This document shows positions 9,273 through 19,714 of a stretch of 64,000 nt of DNA, one piece after another. Below the pieces are notes generated by a model. That model saw nothing but the letters and a program-made list of their open reading frames with translations. It was not told the origin of the DNA and searched no databases. The first letter of the stretch is position 1, and each line of letters starts with the position of its first letter. The position numbers and the translations under genes were made by a program. The stretch is from Methanomassiliicoccaceae archaeon (lineage in GTDB: Archaea; Thermoplasmatota; Thermoplasmata; Methanomassiliicoccales; Methanomassiliicoccaceae): contig CAVSJV010000005.1 of the NCBI GenBank assembly GCA_963728405.1, positions 320,001-384,000 on the forward strand, given 5' to 3'.

Positions 9273-11569
9273 TCAAAATGGAAGATGGTGGCATCTCCAG
9301 CGTCCCTTCTTCCCTTAGGAAAAGGTTCAGGGACCTCGGCCTGGCCCGGGGAACGGTCACCGACGCCTTGATCACCGCGATCGTGCGCGCGGTGCTGTTC
9401 ATCGTGGTCCCGGTCCTTCTCATCGCGCTTCTATTGTCTGGAGCCAATACCGACCAGACCATCTCCGGACTGCAGGAGGTGCGGACCAATGTGCTCATCT
9501 TCGGATCGGCCCTGGTAGTGATATCCTTCGCCTGGGCCTACCACCTCCGGTCCACCAAGGCCCGCCTTCTGTTCGGTCTGATCGGAGCCGGTCTTCTGGT
9601 CGTGTACGGCTTTGCAGTGTTCCTGACCGGGGGTTTCAACAAGGCCATGGATGGTCTGGGCTGGACCCTCCCCGGGGTTATGCTCTTCGGTATCGCTTGC
9701 TACTTTGCCCTGGGCAGTGCCCTGAAGTTCGTTCGAGATTACCAGTTCTTCCGGAAAGCGCTGATCCGGTCCGAGCAGAAGGAGGTCGTCTTTAAACCCA
9801 CGCTCGGTTGGGGAGAGTTCGATCTGCGATTGGGGAGCATCAGCTCCGCCTCCTCTGTCGCCTATATCTTCATTCGGCGGGTGGTGGTGCGATTTTCGGT
9901 CATCATCCTTCTGATCGCCTGGTTATTGTCCTTCACCGGGTTCGGCTCAAATCCGGCAGAGTCAGGGTATCTGAACATCCTCGTCAACATGGTCGGGATC
10001 ATCCTGTTGGTGAGCATACCAATGACCATCTTCGCCTGGTTCAAGGGATTCTATCCTAAGGGGACCATCTCAAGGACCGTCGCCGATGTCGCCCTGTCCC
10101 TGAGCCTGGTGCTCCTGATCTTCCTGCTATTTGCCCAGAGCGGGCTGACCCAGGCCGCCCGGTCCACCGGGAGCGATTTTCCCCTACTCCCCATCGGCCT
10201 TGCTCTGGCCCTATGGGCGGCGATCGGTGTCCTCCGGGCCATCGGGGAGTACCGGGATGAGCGCCGGACCTGGAAGGTGCGGGCCGGTTACGAAGTAAAG
10301 AGAAAGAAGCAGTCCAGACTGGTTCATCCTGATTCTCCCCTCTATGAGTTCAGTCCGGAGATCGGCAAGACCAGCCGGGGACTGGTCAGCGCCCAGAGGA
10401 CCTTCTTCCGGTCCGTCACCCTGGTCGAGATCCTTCTCCTTCTCGGTCTGGGGGCCGCGCGGGCCGCCGGCGCAGATACCGGGCCTCTGTTCTCGGCGAT
10501 GGTGAATGTAGTTTCCCTGGTGCTATGGTTAGGTCTACTACTGACGCTTATTTCCTTTGGCCGGGGGTTCTACCCTGCCGGTAGCCTGGGGCGTATGTTC
10601 GTAGGACTGCTCCTCGTTCCCGGCCTTTTCTTCTATATCTTCTTTACCTTCATTACCTCGGCTGTCCAGGATGCGTGCAGAACGGCCGGATTGATCGTCC
10701 CCTTCAATCTGGTGGCCGTCCTGGTAATAGTATCCATCCTTTTCGTGGGCTTTTTACAAGTGACCGAGTTCATCGATGCCCGGAGGGCCTGGTTGGAATC
10801 AGTGGGTAAGAAGACCAAACCATTGAAACCGATCAAGAAGATGACCCGGTCGCAGGAGTTCCGCTTCCGGTTCGGTAGCACTTACGAAGGCACCGCATGG
10901 GCCCGTAAGGGCATGGTCCGCTACCTCTACTACACAACCATAATACTCATTGTCATACTGACCATCATCGAAAGCACCAGCTTCTCCATCGGTGGCATCG
11001 ACCTTTCTGGTCTGGACACCGATCTCCGACAAACCTATATCGCCATCGTCCTGCTGGCAATACCGTTAGCAGCGGTGAGGGCGATGTACGGCTTCTACCC
11101 GGCCGGCTCCACGTCGAAAGTAGCATTCGGTATGCTGGTGGTCCTGGTGGGGGCGTCCTACACCTACCTTGGCCTCCAGGGCGGCCAACTGGTGCGGGGG
11201 GGCGACCTCGGTGCGGTGAAGGCCGGACTGTCGATCGATTTCTCCTTCATCGTTAACGCTTTTCTCATCGGCTGGACCCTGTATGCGGTGACCGTCCTCG
11301 TGGAATATCTGCTCTATCGTAAGGATTGGATCGCTAACGATTATCGTCCTGTGGCATCGAAGGAGGTCGAGAACCTGCGGAAGGAGCAGAAGATAATGGA
11401 AAAAGAAAAAAAGCGAGCGCTGAAGGCCGAAAAGGAAGGCATCTCGGTGGCCGAACTGGATGCTGAGGAATCCCCCGACTCGGAAGCAGAGGTGGAGGAG
11501 GAGATCAAAAAGGAGATCGGAGAGAGCGCTGTCCAGGCCTCCAAGGGTGCCGCCAAGAAAGGGGGATGA
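9269..11569 (+). CDS. Hypothetical polytopic membrane protein built from four ~172-aa repeats (~16 TM) with a charged C-terminal tail
   Basis: Intact 766-aa ORF with repeated motifs EFxxxxG, GFYPxG(S/T)x(S/G)(R/K) and E(Y/F)xxxRxxW. Confidence 0.85.
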   Translation: MIKMEDGGISSVPSSLRKRFRDLGLARGTVTDALITAIVRAVLFIVVPVLLIALLLSGANTDQTISGLQEVRTNVLIFGSALVVISFAWAYHLRSTKARLLFGLIGAGLLVVYGFAVFLTGGFNKAMDGLGWTLPGVMLFGIACYFALGSALKFVRDYQFFRKALIRSEQKEVVFKPTLGWGEFDLRLGSISSASSVAYIFIRRVVVRFSVIILLIAWLLSFTGFGSNPAESGYLNILVNMVGIILLVSIPMTIFAWFKGFYPKGTISRTVADVALSLSLVLLIFLLFAQSGLTQAARSTGSDFPLLPIGLALALWAAIGVLRAIGEYRDERRTWKVRAGYEVKRKKQSRLVHPDSPLYEFSPEIGKTSRGLVSAQRTFFRSVTLVEILLLLGLGAARAAGADTGPLFSAMVNVVSLVLWLGLLLTLISFGRGFYPAGSLGRMFVGLLLVPGLFFYIFFTFITSAVQDACRTAGLIVPFNLVAVLVIVSILFVGFLQVTEFIDARRAWLESVGKKTKPLKPIKKMTRSQEFRFRFGSTYEGTAWARKGMVRYLYYTTIILIVILTIIESTSFSIGGIDLSGLDTDLRQTYIAIVLLAIPLAAVRAMYGFYPAGSTSKVAFGMLVVLVGASYTYLGLQGGQLVRGGDLGAVKAGLSIDFSFIVNAFLIGWTLYAVTVLVEYLLYRKDWIANDYRPVASKEVENLRKEQKIMEKEKKRALKAEKEGISVAELDAEESPDSEAEVEEEIKKEIGESAVQASKGAAKKGG

Positions 11570-11672
11570 CCGGGACCGTTCTTATAAGAGGCAACATGGC
11601 AAAAGCATTAGATAGGAAGTCGCTCGAATTGAAAAATGATCGCGGACGCCAGCGAGGTCCGCGATCGGTCAG

Positions 11673-12161
11673 GTGATCGTCTTGAAGAGAAACACCATCA
11701 TCGTAATCGTCGTCGTCGTGGTCATCATATTGGCCGTCGTGGGCGTTTTTGGTTATCAGCAGGTCCAGCAAAGGGATGCCTTGAAGAACATACAGTATAG
11801 CTTGAACGGGGTCCAGGTGGAGAGCATCAACCTGAGCAGCGCCACGCTGAACCTTTCCTTGCTCTTGACCAATCCCAATTCCAATCCAGCTACCCTCGAC
11901 CGGACCGACTTCACCGTCTTCATCAATAATATTAGCCTGGGCAGCGGGCAGAACCTACAGAAGGTGACCATCCCGGCCGGGGCATCGCAGGACGTCCAAA
12001 TCCTGTTCACCGTCCTGTACAAAGGAGCGGCTATAACCGCGTGGTCCTATTTGACAACAAGGAATGCGGAGTGGAGACTAGTGGGCACGGCCTACTTCGA
12101 CACGCTGCTAGGAACGGTTAGCGTGCCCTACAACATCACCAGTACTTCGGTGTCATTGTAG
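11673..12161 (+). CDS. LEA_2/WHy-family protein with N-terminal membrane anchor
   Basis: LLLTNPNSNPATLDRTDFTVFINNISLGSG...VTIPAGAS is a typical LEA_2 pattern. Confidence 0.8.
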   Translation: MIVLKRNTIIVIVVVVVIILAVVGVFGYQQVQQRDALKNIQYSLNGVQVESINLSSATLNLSLLLTNPNSNPATLDRTDFTVFINNISLGSGQNLQKVTIPAGASQDVQILFTVLYKGAAITAWSYLTTRNAEWRLVGTAYFDTLLGTVSVPYNITSTSVSL

Positions 12162-12329
12162 TGAGGTTCGGCCATTTGCACTGTGGAGCAGCGCCAGCCT
12201 GCTCTTCTCCTTGTGGCTCACCGATCCTGGTAGCAATGCCGCCATCGATAGGACCTACTGCACGGTCCTCATCAACAACGTCAGCCCGGGAAGCGGGCAG
12301 AACCTACAGAAGGTGACCATCCCGGCCGG
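11943..12329 (+). repeat. Exact 38-bp direct repeat (11943-11980 and 12292-12329)
   Basis: AGCGGGCAGAACCTACAGAAGGTGACCATCCCGGCCGG occurs in both LEA_2 copies. Confidence 0.85.
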
Positions 12330-12501
12330 CGGTTTCGAGGTCATCCCTATACCTTTCACCTTATCCTATTCCGGACTAGCCCAGAGCGTTGTGGCCGCCA
12401 TATGGAATGGCGGAGTGGAATGGAGGCTCATGGGAACGGTCTTCTTCGACTCACCGCGGGGGACAGTGAGCGCACCGTATGACTTCAGCGGGACCACTTA
12501 G
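12181..12501 (+). pseudogene. Truncated tandem paralogue of the LEA_2 gene
   Basis: SSASLLFSLWLTDPGSNAAIDRTYCTVLINNVSPGSGQNLQKVTIPAG aligns to the upstream gene. It lacks the TM anchor and a clear start. Confidence 0.6.
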
Positions 12502-12659
12502 ATCTGGTGAGTATAGTATGATTTAGGATGAAGCTGCCCATGGGGAAAAGCATCAGGTTTCTCGCTCCTGTAACCACTTTCACCGACCTTATTGCGAGTT
12601 CATCGGCCACTCATTAAATAATTAGCCTGGCAAACCAAGGGAACTACGCTGAGGGTAGT

Positions 12660-14072
12660 ATGGTCCAAGATAAGCAGAAGCTCACCAGGGTCCTGATCGT
12701 TGCTACGGCGATATCTGCCGTCGGCGGCATACTGTTCGGCTTCGATACCGGTGTGATATCTGGGGCCATCCTTTTCATTCAGCAGGATTGGGGCCTAACT
12801 GCCAGCCAGGAATCGATAGCCACTAGCTCCGTTCTTATCGGGGCGATCATCGGGGCAGCGCTGGGGGGCTCCCTGGCCGATCGATTGGGCCGAAAATGGT
12901 CGATCATCGCCGGGGCGGTCCTGTTCATCATTGGTACCCTCGTCGTGGTCGGTTCCACCGGCCTTGCCGTCTTCGTGCCAGGCCGGATACTTATCGGGAT
13001 GGCCATCGGCCTGGCGTCGTTCATCGTCCCGATGTACATCTCCGAACTGGCTCCGGAACGGATACGGGGTGCCCTCGTCTCCATGAACCAGCTGTTCGTT
13101 ACAGCGGGCATCCTAATTTCCTACGGCGTCAACAACCTCTTCTCCGCGTCCGGTGACTGGCAGGCCATGTTCGCCATCGGTCTGGTTCCGGCAACCGTCC
13201 TCCTGGCGGGGATGTTGCTCATGCCGTTCAGCCCCCGGTGGCTGGTCTACAAACATCGGGATGCCCAAGCGGGAAAGGTGCTGCAGGAGGTGCGAAGGAG
13301 CCCCGACGTGAAAGATGAAGTCCAGGAGATCAAAGAGACCATCAAGGTCGAGACCAAGGGGCTGAAGGCCTTAAGATCGAACATGGTGAGATATCCGCTC
13401 ATCATCGGTGTTGGGCTGGCGATATTCCAGCAGGTTACCGGGGTCAACACCATCATCTACTACGCCCCGACGATCTTCCAGTTCGCCGGCCTTGGCTCCG
13501 CCTCCGCCTCGATCGCGGCGACCACCGGGGTCGGTTTGGCCAATTTCCTGGTGACCCTTCTAGCTCTGCTCATCGTGGATCGAGTGGGGCGCCGCCCCAT
13601 GCTCCTGGTGGGCATCGCAGGCATGGTTGTTTCCCTACTCGTCCTGGGGGCAGGGTTCGCCCTGGCCTCGGGGCAGGAAAGCGGAGTGATCGGTGAGGTC
13701 ACGGCTATCAGTCTCATTGCTTACATATCGTTCTTTGCCATCGGTCTGGGACCGGTGTTCTGGTTGCTGATATCGGAGATATTCCCCCTGCAGGCGAGGG
13801 GGGCGGCGATGAGCGTGGCCACCGTGGCCAACTGGGGCGCCAACTTCGTCATTACCCTGACCTTCCTGGAACTGGTGGACCTGCTGGGTCAGGCCGGGAC
13901 CTTCTGGCTCTTCGCGGTGATCGGGGTCGTCGCCTTCATCTTCACCCTGCGTCTAGTACCGGAGACCAAGGGGTTGAGCCTGGAGCAGATCGAGGAGCAC
14001 TTCAAGAAGGGAAAGCACCCCCGCAAACTGGGGGCATCCTCGACCTCTAGCAAGGCCAAGAAGGAAAGATGA
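12660..14072 (+). CDS. Sugar porter family MFS transporter
   Basis: GGILFGFDTGVISGA, DRLGRK, PMYISELAPERIRG, QQVTGVNTIIYYAP, SEIFP, VPETKG. Confidence 0.92.
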   Translation: MVQDKQKLTRVLIVATAISAVGGILFGFDTGVISGAILFIQQDWGLTASQESIATSSVLIGAIIGAALGGSLADRLGRKWSIIAGAVLFIIGTLVVVGSTGLAVFVPGRILIGMAIGLASFIVPMYISELAPERIRGALVSMNQLFVTAGILISYGVNNLFSASGDWQAMFAIGLVPATVLLAGMLLMPFSPRWLVYKHRDAQAGKVLQEVRRSPDVKDEVQEIKETIKVETKGLKALRSNMVRYPLIIGVGLAIFQQVTGVNTIIYYAPTIFQFAGLGSASASIAATTGVGLANFLVTLLALLIVDRVGRRPMLLVGIAGMVVSLLVLGAGFALASGQESGVIGEVTAISLIAYISFFAIGLGPVFWLLISEIFPLQARGAAMSVATVANWGANFVITLTFLELVDLLGQAGTFWLFAVIGVVAFIFTLRLVPETKGLSLEQIEEHFKKGKHPRKLGASSTSSKAKKER

Positions 14073-14142
14073 GTTGCGGCTCGAATGGCAAGAAGGAACT
14101 AACTGGAGGATAGGACATGAGAAGTGGGCGAAGGAACGCAGG

Positions 14143-16089
14143 ATGCGAGGGACGGGATCGACCATGAACGGAACGAGTGATGGATACTCCCCCATAGGGG
14201 ACTATGGGCTGATCGGAAATCGGCACACCGGGGCCCTCGTCAACCATCAAGGTTCGATGGATTGGCTGTGCTGGCCGCGCTTCGACTCACCGTCGATATT
14301 CGCCAGGATATTGGACTCGGAAAAAGGAGGCTACTGGGCCATCCGACCCTCCTCCCCGTTCCGAAGCTCTCACCGATATGCCGAGGAGACTTCTGTCCTG
14401 GAGATGGAGATGGTAGTTCCGGAGGGAAGGGCGGTCCTGATCGATTTCATGGACATGACCGGAATGAGGCATGGTATAGAGAACAAGCCTCCTGGCCGTT
14501 TGGTCCGTCTGGTCCGCTGCCAGGAAGGGACAATCGACATCGAGAGCGTGTGCCAGCCTCGTCCCAACTACGCTCTGACCGAGCCCTCCTTCGAGGTGGG
14601 TGGCATCGATGTCCGCATCGGGCCGTTCTCGTTGACTGGACCGGGGAGCTGGAATGTCGATGAGAGAATGGGAATGGTGGTAAGCAACCATCGGTTGAGC
14701 AGCGGGGACGAGATAGCGTTCACCCTGAATTCTTTCGACGGCAATGTCACGTCCTATGGCTCGCCCGGCCAGGCTCTGAGAGCGACCCTCGGCTATTGGC
14801 GAAAATGGGCCAGTAAGTGCTCTTACGAGGGGCCGTACCGGGATGCGGTCGTCCGCAGTGCCCTGACCCTTCAGATGATGACCTATGCCCCTTCCGGGGC
14901 CATCGTGGCCGCCCCCACCACCTCGCTCCCGGAAATGATCGGTGGACAGTTGAACTGGGACTATCGGTACACCTGGATCCGCGACGGCTCCTTTTCTCTG
15001 TACGCCCTGCTGCTATCCGGGTACCTCGACGACGAGCAGGCCTTCATCCACTGGCTGAAGGGCCTCAGAGGGCCGGAACTGAAGATCCTCTATCCGATAA
15101 CATCTGACGGGGACACCACCGAAAGGACGCTGGACCATCTGAGCGGCTACATGAACTCGCGGCCGGTGCGGATCGGTAATGACGCCGCCAATCAGGTGCA
15201 GCTGGACATATATGGTGAGCTGGCGAGTGAACTATATTTCGCCTGGCGCATCGGCATACTGACCTCTGATGAGGGCGGATACCGGATAAGGGCCATCATG
15301 GATTGGGTATGCGATCACTGGCATGAGCCCGATAGCGGCCTATGGGAGGTCCGGGGTGGTCTCCGCCATTTCGTTTACGGCAAGGCCATGCTGTGGTACG
15401 CGCTCAAGTGCGGGGTGGAGGTCTTTGAGGAGCTCGGCCTTCAAGGTGATGTCCAACGCTGGCGTCAGGAGCGCGATGCGATCTTCAATGAAGTGATGGC
15501 CAAGGGATGGAGCGACAAGCTAGGGGCCTTCAAACAGTCCTACGAGGACGAGACCCTCGACGCGGCCAATCTAATGCTGCCTATCATCGGCTTCATCGAC
15601 GGGAAGGACCCTCGAATGCTGTCCACCATCGATGCCACCTTGGAACACCTGGTGGTAAATGGGCTCTGCTACAGGTATAATGACGCCCCCGTGGGGCTCA
15701 GCGGTAAAGAATCAGCCTTCACCTTGTGTACATTCTGGCTGATCAACGCCCTGGTCCTGGCCGGCCGCGTTGAGGAGGGAAAGAAGATACTGGATGGCAT
15801 CCTGGCTCGGGCAAGCCCTCTGGGACTCTTCGCCGAAGAGATCGATCCAGGGACCGGTGCTCAGATAGGCAACTTTCCCCAGGCCTTCTCTCACCTAGGG
15901 GTCATCAATTCCGCGGTTACACTGGCCCATGTCGGAAAGGTCGGGAATGTCAGCCACCGCAATGCCCGAAGGGCTCACCTGACCAATTATGCGAGGACAT
16001 CCTTCGAGAAGGAGGTCCTCGAACGGCTCCGGGAGCAGGTGGCGGCAGGGGTGAGCATGTACCGATGGGGCGGCCAATCGGACCGTTAG
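14143..16089 (+). CDS. Glycoside hydrolase family 15 (trehalase/glucoamylase-like)
   Basis: IGDYGLIGNRHTGALV, GAIVAAPTTSLPE, NWDYRYTWIRD, PDSGLWEVRG, GNFPQAFSHLG. Start could be 14143 or 14164. Confidence 0.92.
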   Translation: MRGTGSTMNGTSDGYSPIGDYGLIGNRHTGALVNHQGSMDWLCWPRFDSPSIFARILDSEKGGYWAIRPSSPFRSSHRYAEETSVLEMEMVVPEGRAVLIDFMDMTGMRHGIENKPPGRLVRLVRCQEGTIDIESVCQPRPNYALTEPSFEVGGIDVRIGPFSLTGPGSWNVDERMGMVVSNHRLSSGDEIAFTLNSFDGNVTSYGSPGQALRATLGYWRKWASKCSYEGPYRDAVVRSALTLQMMTYAPSGAIVAAPTTSLPEMIGGQLNWDYRYTWIRDGSFSLYALLLSGYLDDEQAFIHWLKGLRGPELKILYPITSDGDTTERTLDHLSGYMNSRPVRIGNDAANQVQLDIYGELASELYFAWRIGILTSDEGGYRIRAIMDWVCDHWHEPDSGLWEVRGGLRHFVYGKAMLWYALKCGVEVFEELGLQGDVQRWRQERDAIFNEVMAKGWSDKLGAFKQSYEDETLDAANLMLPIIGFIDGKDPRMLSTIDATLEHLVVNGLCYRYNDAPVGLSGKESAFTLCTFWLINALVLAGRVEEGKKILDGILARASPLGLFAEEIDPGTGAQIGNFPQAFSHLGVINSAVTLAHVGKVGNVSHRNARRAHLTNYARTSFEKEVLERLREQVAAGVSMYRWGGQSDR

Positions 16090-16111
16090 GAGAGGAGCGA
16101 CCCTGCTGCCA

Positions 16112-17406
16112 TCAAGGGTCCTTTCTAGCGCTCGGTAGCGGTACTAGATTGGTCCCGTAGCTCAGGAGGAAGGCCGTGACGATCGCGATGGCTATTATCG
16201 GGGCCATGCGTATGTCGAACATGGTCTGGACGATCAAGGTCATGGCGATGGGGGCCCGCAGCAGCACGACCGAGACGCCCGCCATCAAACACGCCATGCA
16301 TACTACCTCGGGGATGAACGGTAGGAGAATGTGGATGGCCAAACCCAGGGAGGCCCCCATGAAGAACGATGGAAAGATGTAGCCACCGGACCAGCCGAAC
16401 GATAGGCACATGGCCGTGAGGAACACCTTCACCAGGCCGAGGGCGATGAGCATGACGACCCCCAGCACGGCCGCCTGGTCTATCAGGGGTTGGATCTGTT
16501 TGTCGCCGTCGAACAAGGTTAGAGGGAAGATCGCTCCCACCACTCCAAGGATCAGGCCGGCCAGCATGGCCAGCTCGATGGGATGGGATGCTAGTGGCCG
16601 GGTGACCCTCTTCAACCCTCTGTAGAGATAGATGAAAAGGAGGCCGACCAGCCCACCGATGAGGCCCAGGACCACCGCATAAAGGAGCTGAACGACCTGG
16701 ATGTCCCTCGTAGGCAGGGAATTTGTACAGACCTCCGAAGACATAACCGGTCAGGGCAAAGAAGATCGCATAGCCGACCGCTGCGGCCACCAGGCCGGGG
16801 AGCAGAAGCTTCCAGCTCAGCTTCCCCGTCTCCAGGCCGGGCTCGATGGTAAGCATGGCCATGCCGAACGGAGAATTGAGAAATGCTCCGAAGAAACCGC
16901 TGATGCTCGCATAAGTAAGCACCCCTTCCACAAGTTTAGGCAGTTTCCTTCGCTCCGCCAACCAGCTACCCAGGGCCCCGCTGCCCCCGGTCATCGGCCC
17001 CTCCGGGCCGATCGACCCCCCGAAGATCAGGCCGACCAACCCTCGAATCAGACCGGCGAACCCGCTGCGGGGGGAGATACGCAGTGTCTCCTGGAACTCA
17101 TTGAACTCCTCCATGAGCAGCCGTGGCTTTGACCTAGAATAATGGGTAACTAATCCGACCAGGAGCCCGCCGAGCGTACAGAGCACGATGGTGAAGATCG
17201 CCGAGTCCGTGCCATAGGAAAGGCCGAAGGCATGGGCCAGATCCCCCCAGATGAACTGGATGCCGTACTGGAACACAATGGCAAAGATAAGGAAGAGAAA
17301 TACGGCCGGTACGGAGAAGATGGCGGACACCACCAGCAATTTGTAGAACGGCCTGCTCCTGATGCTGATCCGTTCCGCCCCTTCGCCTCCCTTCCATCTG
17401 GAACAT
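16112..17406 (-). CDS. ClC-family chloride channel/transporter (YfeO-like), frameshifted
   Basis: GGSIGPEGP and GWSGGYIFP ClC motifs. ORFs 17339-16125 and 16744-16112 join near 16705. Confidence 0.85.
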
Positions 17407-17569
17407 CCCGGCCCTAACGAAGGCCCAGACCGATAATATTCATTATCTTCTGAGATAAAGCTTCCCTACCGAAGATAGCTCGCCGGACCCCAACCTCCTC
17501 CGATATCGAATCCACTATGGTCGGCTGGAGGTCTCCCCTCGGTTAAAATATCGGTAGCGTCCCTAGGTC

Positions 17570-18887
17570 ATGGTAGGACCATCGGAGCCGATTGACTTGG
17601 CCATTTACCAGATGATGATAAAGCCGGGCGGCCCGGCCTGCAACCTCGATTGCAAATACTGCTTCTATCTCCCGAAGGACAAGCTGTTCCCTCCTGGCGA
17701 CCGGAGAATGTCCGAACGAACCCTGGAAGAGCTCACCCGTCAGTACATCGGATCCCAGGAGGGCAAGGTGATATCCTTCGCCTGGCAGGGGGGCGAGCCC
17801 ACCCTGATGGGCCAGGAGTTCTTCCAGAAGGCCTTGGAGCTCCAGGACAAGTACCGGCGCCCGGGTATGATCATCGAGAACACCCTGCAGACCAACGGGA
17901 CGCTGTTGGACGACCAGTGGTGCCGGTTCCTGCATGACAACCGCTTCCTGGTCGGTCTCAGTGTTGACGGCCCCAGGCGCCCTGCACGACATCTATCGGA
18001 GGGACAAGAAGGGAAGGCCGACCTCGGACAAGGTCATCCAGGCGTCGAGACTGCTCCGTAAGCACCAGGTGGAGTTCAACACCCTCACGGTGGTCAATCG
18101 TCAGAACGCCCGCCACCCGCTGCAGGTGTATCGGTTCCTTAGAAATGTTATCGGGGCCCGGTACATGCAGTTCATACCCTGCGTCGAACCCAAGGGCTTC
18201 GAGAACATCCCACCCCAACAATGGGACCCCGCTACGCTTCCGTTCCTCGACGATCCTGCGGGCCGCCCGGGGACCGAGCGGTCGGTGGTGACCGAGTGGT
18301 CGGTGGACCCGGAAGACTACGGCTCCTTCCTTACCGCCATATTCGACGAATGGGTAAGGAAGGATGTGGGACGGGTCTTCGTGATCAACTTCGAGGTGGC
18401 GGTGGGAGCATGGATGGGTCTTCCTGCGTCCGCTTGCACTTTCTCGAAGAGCTGTGGTCGGGCCCTAGCGATCGAACATGATGGAAGCGTCTATTCCTGT
18501 GACCACTACGTTTACCCCGAGTACCGATTGGGCGATATCGGCCATAATGACCTCGGAGGCTTGGTGACCTCGGACCGCCAGGTCCGCTTCGGCAAGGAGA
18601 AGCAGGAGAGCCTTCCTCGATACTGCCGAGAATGTCCGGTTCATTTCGCTTGTCGGGGAGAATGCCCCAAGAACCGGCTCCTACGGACGCCCGATGGGGA
18701 ACCCAACCTGAACTATCTGTGCAAAGGTCTCTTCCAGTTCTTCACTACCGTCGATCCGTGGCTGGCGAAAATGGCCAATGAGATCCGGGCTGGCCGGGAT
18801 GCCGGTAACGTAATGATGCTCACAAATGGCAAGACCCCAGGCCCGAAACGGGTGCTGCCCTGTGACCGGGGCAAAAAGGGGAAGTGA
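17570..18887 (+). CDS. Anaerobic sulfatase maturase (radical SAM/SPASM, AslB/AtsB family), frameshift near 17970
   Basis: KPGGPACNLDCKYCFY, FAWQGGEPTL, LQTNGTLL; SPASM cysteines CTFSKSC, YSCDH, CRECPVHFACRGECPKNR, NYLC. Confidence 0.92.
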
Positions 18888-18966
18888 GTCGCCCCATCCA
18901 TTCGGATCCGTAAAGCTGGTCTCTGGATGCCCACCTCTTCATAAGATGATCTACCTTAAGGATGGC

Positions 18967-19437
18967 CTAGATATTGAGGTGAGTCTTCAGATCGGCTAGG
19001 AATATTTTCTCTTCTTCGGTCTCGGTCTGTTTTGAGCTGAACATGTGGCGGCCCGAGGACCCCGCGATGCTTTCCCCGAGGCCGTAGAGGAAGCTCTTGG
19101 TCTGCGTTCCGGCAATGCCCTCGTTGTCGAGAAGGGGCACAACCTCGTCCACGCTCTTCATGACCTTGCTAGAATCTAGCTTGTTGATGTCGATCTTCTG
19201 CCGGTGCTGCCCCCTCATGTGGCTGAACTCGCCGATGATGCCTTCGACCAGGGGGTTGCCCTTGTAGGTGGTCTCGGACAGGTGCATATATTTGGCCACG
19301 GCCTCGCTCTCCCGGAGGGATGAGGTCAGACCCAGGCCCCCCGCCTTCATCGCCTCTTCCATGATCATCTGGGCGACCGGCACGATCTTTCCAAGCAATG
19401 GGCTCAGGTCCGCTTTTTGGGTTGTGCTCGTTTCCAT
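18967..19437 (-). CDS. Hypothetical helical protein (possibly TerB-like)
   Basis: 156-aa ORF with RBS-like GGAG. The C-terminal SIAGSSG...EEEKIFLADLKTHLNI resembles TerB-like helical bundles (weak recognition). Confidence 0.6.
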   Translation of the reverse strand: METSTTQKADLSPLLGKIVPVAQMIMEEAMKAGGLGLTSSLRESEAVAKYMHLSETTYKGNPLVEGIIGEFSHMRGQHRQKIDINKLDSSKVMKSVDEVVPLLDNEGIAGTQTKSFLYGLGESIAGSSGRHMFSSKQTETEEEKIFLADLKTHLNI

Positions 19438-19714
19438 CGACAGCGCTCCTTTTCTGTCCGACAGTGTGGAGTGGACCTGGTATTACTACCTATGGCGGCC
19501 TTACCCATCACCAGCCCTGACCTATCTCCGAAGAAAATCGGGGACCGTTCCGGTCCAGGCATGTCCCCACCTATACGGTGGCCACCAGCTGCTTATATCA
19601 GAAGCTCCAAAGGCAAGTTTGGTAAGAGCAGCCTAGGCTAGTCTGAGGCAGGGGTCGACCGTTGATAGGTTCAAAGCTCGAGGGGCAGGGTAAGGGAATA
19701 TCGACGTCGGAGAC

